From Psammoneis japonica (lineage: Eukaryota): 64,000 bases of DNA. A model generated the notes under the pieces. That model did no database searches, was not told where the DNA came from, and saw only the letters and a list, made by a program, of their open reading frames with translations. This document shows, piece after piece, positions 58,701-64,000 of this stretch. The stretch covers positions 1 through 64,000 of the forward strand of contig QPGO01000303.1 of NCBI GenBank assembly GCA_008632985.1, given 5' to 3'. The position numbers and the translations under genes are program-made. How positions within the stretch are numbered: the stretch's first letter is position 1; every line of letters starts with the position of its first letter.

Positions 58701-59840
58701 AGAGAGCACCATGTCGTGGCTGAGCGACCGCAGCCGGAAGCAGGTGGTGGAAGATCTTCCGACGCCAAGAAGAAAAAGAAGGAGTCCAAAAAGGCAAAGA
58801 AAGCCGCATCCAAGAAGCGCCACGGAAAATCAAAGGAAGAAACCGGCGCAACGGATTCTCAAGCGACAACGGGTGATCTGCTCGATCTCGGCATGTTCGC
58901 ACCAACTACAGCTGCTCCCGCTACTTGCGCAACAAAAGAACCGGTAGCAATGCAAACTACGGACAACCCAATAAGTACAGCTTTTGACGACTTGCTGGGA
59001 TTGACGACGGAGTCTGAAAGCAACGTCGTTCCGCCAGTGTCTGCTTCCCGCGATGGTTTTGAATCGCTTGGTGGTTCATCTCCATCTCCGCTACCTGCAT
59101 CCGCACTATCAGGTGCCATTCCGTCCACCAAGTCGTCGGGCAAGCATCCATGGTTGAAATGCACAGTCAAAGCATCCGGCGGTTCCGGTATTGTCGATTG
59201 GGAGAAAGTGTCTGTCTACTCAAAAGTGTACCCGCACTCTGGAGGTGCTGCAGCCATGATCAAGATCAAAGTCGTAAACGAGATGGAAAGCGTCGCTTTG
59301 GAAAATGTCGTTATCAAGCTTAAAGGAAAGAAAACACAAGATATTGTGGTCGGCATGATTTCTCCGGGAGGAAAGGGGGAATCCTCAAAGTCGGGTCCCA
59401 TTCCATGCGATGCACTTCAAGGATCGGCGACTGATATTCGGGGATCCATTGTCTCGACCACAGGTGATTCTTCTGTTTCGTTCAAGTTGACTCTTCCGGC
59501 CACGCTTGGACTTGTTGCAATGCCCGGGTTGTCACAAGAATCCGTGCTTTCAGAGCTGACAACTGGTCAGTGGTCTTCGCACTCTGTGACGATTCAAGCA
59601 TCCTCCGCCGATGGAAAGCGAGTAAAGTCTATTGTCGGCTCCTTTCTTCAAGCTGCTGAAGTTGAGGGCGAAAGCAGTGATTCAATGTCGGGAACGTTTG
59701 CTGCAAGTTTGCCTGGATCTGCCGTGCAAGTGCGAGCGCTTGTCAAGGTGAAAAGCTCATCGGTAAAGGTGGACCTCAAGTGTACTGACGCGAGCTTGGG
59801 CAAGGCGGTGGCAAAGGATCTCAAAAAGATTGTCTTGTAA
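55771..59840 (+). CDS. AP3D1: AP-3 complex subunit delta (one apparent assembly frameshift near 56425)
   Basis: MFEKTLTDVVKGIRA, KRIGYLAASQ, LTTNLLKK, NNWMLIKVVKL and DQNLKYLGL motifs. Adding one T to the TTTT run restores APAFFQLLTSSSNNWM. Confidence 0.92.
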
Positions 59841-59853
59841 AAGAAAGAACCGT

Positions 59854-60879
59854 TCAATCGTCTCTTTCCATGCACATCTCTTTAGGCAGCTGCCATTTCC
59901 CGGTAGCGTATTTCAACCGCATTCGCAGTACCTCAAGAAGCATAACTAAAGAAACACGAAAAGTTCCACCCGGTTCCTGTTCCAATTTTGAACCCTTCTT
60001 GTCTTGCCACACAACGACGCGCTCCGCTACTGGCACTTTGAGACGCTTGGCCCGAAAAATCACTTCCACGTCGTGTGCCCACCTTGTGAGATACAAGTTT
60101 TGATAGAGCATTTGAGCCGCACTTGCCGTCATGAGTTTGAATCCGCATTGCGTATCTCGCACACCTAAATTTCCACAACACAGCAGCACGGTTGTTCGAA
60201 AACCCCATCTTGTAATGGCACGAGATACGGACGTTCCTTGATAGCCGCGATCACCAACCACCATGGCTGGCTTTGTAAAGTCGCCCTGTACAAGATCTGT
60301 CAAGTCTTGTAGCAAGTTTTCAACACACGAAATCTCGCCGCTCCCGTCTGCGTCAGCGACCAAAACAATGCCACCGCAGCCTTCATCCTGATGTATAATG
60401 ACTTCTTGAATCCCTCTAGCTATCGCCGCACCCTTTCCTCTATTCTTTTCCAAGCTTACAACTTGAATAGGTGTACAGGAACTGTTTCTTTTCGAACTGA
60501 TTTTCTTTGCGACATTGACAGTTTGATCCGACGATCCATCACTCACAATCAACATTTGGCTAGTGAACTGAGGGTGTGTTTTTGCCTCATTCTTTTCGCC
60601 TCCAATCGAAAACTGATCTAGATAACTGGAATACCGCTGAATTGTTTCCGAAATCCGATCTTGTTCATTGTACGCTGGAAGTATGACGGTCAACCTCGGA
60701 CAAGCATTTCCTTTCTGAAATGTACGTGTTGCCAGTCCTTCGACGCGAGGGCTTACAATAAAGCAAAACGATGCAAAGATCAACCCAAACTGTAACGATA
60801 ATGTCATTACGCCTTTCCAGCATAGCACTGGTGAGGGAACAGGCCGATGCTTCATGACATGGACCGTCTTCAATCTCAC
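59854..60879 (-). CDS. ALG5: Dolichyl-phosphate beta-glucosyltransferase-like GT2
   Basis: VILPAYNEQDRI, VSDGSSDQT, NRGKGAA, ADADG, RDTQCGFKL, WAHDVE and W.DKKGSKL motifs; the start is uncertain. Confidence 0.8.
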   Translation of the reverse strand: MRLKTVHVMKHRPVPSPVLCWKGVMTLSLQFGLIFASFCFIVSPRVEGLATRTFQKGNACPRLTVILPAYNEQDRISETIQRYSSYLDQFSIGGEKNEAKTHPQFTSQMLIVSDGSSDQTVNVAKKISSKRNSSCTPIQVVSLEKNRGKGAAIARGIQEVIIHQDEGCGGIVLVADADGSGEISCVENLLQDLTDLVQGDFTKPAMVVGDRGYQGTSVSRAITRWGFRTTVLLCCGNLGVRDTQCGFKLMTASAAQMLYQNLYLTRWAHDVEVIFRAKRLKVPVAERVVVWQDKKGSKLEQEPGGTFRVSLVMLLEVLRMRLKYATGKWQLPKEMCMERDD

Positions 60880-61174
60880 ATTTTATTAATAGCCATGCTG
60901 CCGAACGAGAAACCACACAGGAGAAACCGCCGGAATCGAATGCGCGCGCCTGATAACGCGAGATGACGTCAGACTGGGTTTTCCCGCCATTTCAGTCACG
61001 AACGTGACTTATGGCCCACCTGCGATCTTCGATCCTTTCGAATCAACACGCCATGAGCCTTGGAGCTTGACGGCAAACGACGACAGAGGTGAGAGAGAAG
61101 AGAGACATACCATAGACCCTTCTTGTCCTGTAACTCTACAAGTTCGCTACTTGAAAAAAGAATCGAAGTAGAAT

Positions 61175-62923
61175 ATGGCGCCAGTAGAAGAGGAAAACGA
61201 AAGTGTCGCCGCACAAGCAGCGACGAGAATCAGAATGCTTGCTCCCGGATTCTCCGCCTCTGAGCAATGACGAATCAGAGCAAGCTATAGACGCCGACAA
61301 GAACAAATCTCAAGCTCTTCCAACAAATGATCCAGAAGCTACTGGCAATGAGTCATCAAAACGGACGCTTGTAGAGGCCACTGAGTTGAACCAAGTTCTC
61401 CTGCTCCTGATCAGGCAACGAAGGAATCAAAAAGTGCTACACAGCATAAGTCAGATCAGACTTGTCCAGAGCCCATGGATTCTGAGGCTACAAGCAACGC
61501 GTCATCGAAACGCACACTTTTGGATTTCTTTGGCTCTCCTACTCAAGCAACCAAAAAAAGACCCAGACAGGTACCCAAAGGCGTGCAACAAGAGGCTAAG
61601 GCAACAGAACGTTGGGAGAGCCCACGGATTCAGAGCCTGCAAGCAAGGAGCCGTGTCTCCTCCTTCTGATAAAGCAGTAAAGGAACCGGGACAGGATTCT
61701 AAGGACACTGCTGGTAAAGAAGACAAGAATCCTGCATCCGCTGCTACAATTATTATTCCGAGTCCAATTGTTCCCGAGTTGGTCACGAGTCCATCGCGTG
61801 CCGCTTGGGTCACTCGACGCGATTGCCTGATTGTACGAAAAGACAAGTCCGCAAAGGAACATCGCACCAAGGCGGCTGCCTTTGATTTGGATCAAACCTT
61901 GTTGCTATGGAGGTGTGCGGGGTGGCCATCCAAACCCGAGCATTATGAACTATGGTCTGCAGAGGTCATTCCCAAGCTACAGCAGCTCTCGGACGACGGA
62001 TATCAATTGGTCATTTTCTCCAATCAAGGCGGCATCCGATCTGCGTTCAACGGAAAGACTGCGTCGCGTGCCAAGGGATTGATTGAATGGATTGCGTCAA
62101 AGCTGAACAAACCATTGTTTGCGATTCTGAGTACAAAATCAAAGTCGGGGTATCACAAACCAAGTCCGCAAATGTGGGAAATCGTTGAGCAAGAATGCAA
62201 CGGTGGAGTCCAGTTTGATTTGGAGCAGAGCTTTTATGTTGGAGACTCGGATGGCGAAGCGGACGGCAAGAACGATTCCTACCAAGAACAGGGTGTTGAC
62301 AAGATGTTTGCCGAGAATGTTGGTAAATTGCGTAGTCAAGTTCTCCGGTTTCAGAATCCTGTACAGTTCTTTGGACGAGTGACTTGGGACGACGTCAAGA
62401 GGCCAGGCTAGACGCGAAGCTGTCCAGCATGCCGTACGAGACTCCTCCGGAATCGGCATTGAAGACGCGAGCCGCTCTTTTAGGAGGCTATCTTGAAGGA
62501 AATATCATGCTGATATTGTGTGGGGTTCAAGGCTCGGGAAAGTCCTATTTCTGTAAGGAACTCACCCGTCTTTCAAAGTGGGTGCATTTGTCACAAGACA
62601 CGATTGCAAAAGGCAAGCCCGGCAAGCGAGAAAAGGTTGAGAAAGCGGCTATTGAGGCCTTGCAAAAGGGTGACTCGGTAGTAATCGATCGGATGCATTT
62701 GGATGTCCAGCAGCGAAACTACTTTCTAGAGGTGGCAAAAAATGCCGGCGACGTACCGGTGCACGTGTTGTGGCTCAATGCACCAAGGCATCAAGTGGAA
62801 GAGAGGGTTCGATCTCGCACCGACCACCCCGGTGGAGTACAGGGAGAGCGCGGTGCAAAGATGGCAGTGTCCTTCATGGAGAAGCTCGAAGCCCCGAAGT
62901 ATCAAGAAGGCTTTTCTTTGTGA
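61175..62923 (+). CDS. PNKP: Bifunctional polynucleotide 3'-phosphatase/5'-kinase (frameshifted in assembly)
   Basis: HAD motifs FDLDQTL, FSNQGG, HKPSPQMW, YVGD and DKMFAEN; kinase P-loop CGVQGSGKS, SQD, VIDR and EGF. Frame change near 62374; the start is uncertain. Confidence 0.8.
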
Positions 62924-63912
62924 GCATCGCTTCCAACCCAGAGCCGTTGCATCTTTCTGTCAACTCTACAGTCAGATGTGTCCAAAAGACGTGATTAGCT
63001 CAACTCCGGGCATGAAATCGCACTTTGAGTTGTCGCCGTACAAGGACGGAAAGTCTTCAGACGTACAGCTGCCATCTTTGTCACTTGGGACGCAGAAAGT
63101 TGGAAAGCGTGTGGCGTCATCCGTCGTTTCACTCGCGCTTCAAAAAGGATTCCGTGCTGTCGACACAGCTCCCACCTATAACAACGAGACCGAAGTTGGT
63201 GGCGGATTGTCGAACCAAGACGGGGTAGTTGTCGTTGTGAAGGTCCCGAAAAGGGCGACGCAACCCTCGGATGTTCGTGACGAGATAATGTCAAGTTTGA
63301 AAAAGCTGCAATGCGAGAATGCTGACTTGGTATTGTTGCACTGGCCTTGTGACTTCATCGAGGCTGATTCTCTTGGAGCGTATGGAAGACTTTAGAGGAA
63401 ATGGTTTCCGAAGGCATCGTCAAGCCTTGGGCGTGTCGAATTTCTCGGTGGGTGCCTTGCGATTTCTTTTGCCTCTATGCGAGTCTGTGATGCCTGTCGT
63501 CAACCAGGTGGAGCGTCATCCACTGTTGCCGCAGTGGGAATTGCTAGACTTCTGCATCAATCACAATATTCTGATGCAAGCACACACTTGCCTTGGACAG
63601 GGCCGCGACGAATTGCTGCAGCATCCCACGATTGTCAAAGTCGCCACTAAAGCGAATCGCTCCCCGTCTCAAGTATTGGTTGAATGGAACTTGAAACAGA
63701 ACGTGGCTGCCGTAGCGAAGTGTGCATCAGAGGAGCATATGCAAGAACTCCTGAAAGTGTTGACTGACGACGCGTCGCTTGATGTCCATGCTATGAAGGC
63801 GTTGGACGGTATTGGGACAAGCGAGGCGAATTGCTTACGGTTTGTTTCGCCGCCCTTCATGTACAAGCCGGACGCTCCTTACTCCTGGGGCGCACGAATG
63901 CCGAAAAAGTAA
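62924..63912 (+). CDS. Aldo/keto reductase domain, possibly fused to PNKP (frameshifts near 63380 and 63425)
   Basis: LSLGT, GFRAVDTAPTYNNE, DLVLLHWP, LGVSNF, NQVERHP and SPSQVLVEW motifs. Confidence 0.8.
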
Positions 63913-64000
63913 CGAAAGATTAGAGAAATATCTCCAAGAATAGAAATCGAGCCCCGAAGGGATAGTAAAACTTTGCACTCAAAGTTGGATAGGAGTTTGT

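Noticed and set aside
61175..62923. PNKP (or the CRN-like nuclease) as the mutator enzyme
   Set aside because: Proximity only. Neither family is known to cause A-to-G changes, and eukaryotic gene neighbourhood is weak evidence.

Overview
Eukaryotic DNA, almost certainly from a diatom: it has short GT-AG introns, a bipartite plastid-targeting peptide and CoDi-type Ty1/copia elements. Host gene clusters alternate with transposon-rich blocks. Host genes include a CK2-beta-like protein, a STAND-type ATPase, two tandem 4-TM membrane proteins, three ShKT-prolyl 4-hydroxylases, an NAD(P)H-quinone oxidoreductase, a Crinkler-like nuclease, a LON-N-domain protein, an ankyrin protein, AP-3 delta, ALG5 and PNKP/aldo-keto reductase. 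The transposon blocks hold a complete copia (15295-21471) and a complete gypsy (31953-36855), both with LTR pairs and 5-bp TSDs and both inserted into host genes. They also hold a DIRS-like remnant, a truncated second copia and about 12 kb of unrecognisably decayed DNA. The outstanding signal is a transposon-restricted hypermutation that converts TpA to TpG or CpA (A-to-G on either strand). By eye, 17 of 19 substitutions between paired LTRs are of this type. Conserved tyrosines of the retroelement proteins are systematically Cys or His, old blocks are nearly TpA-free with TTAA/CTAA/CTAG the main survivors, and near-identical tandem host genes are spared. This looks like a RIP-analogous genome-defence mutator of opposite polarity (adenine-targeted). 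No enzyme for it is evident in the window. All counts were made by eye. The right end of the assembly has single-base deletion errors.
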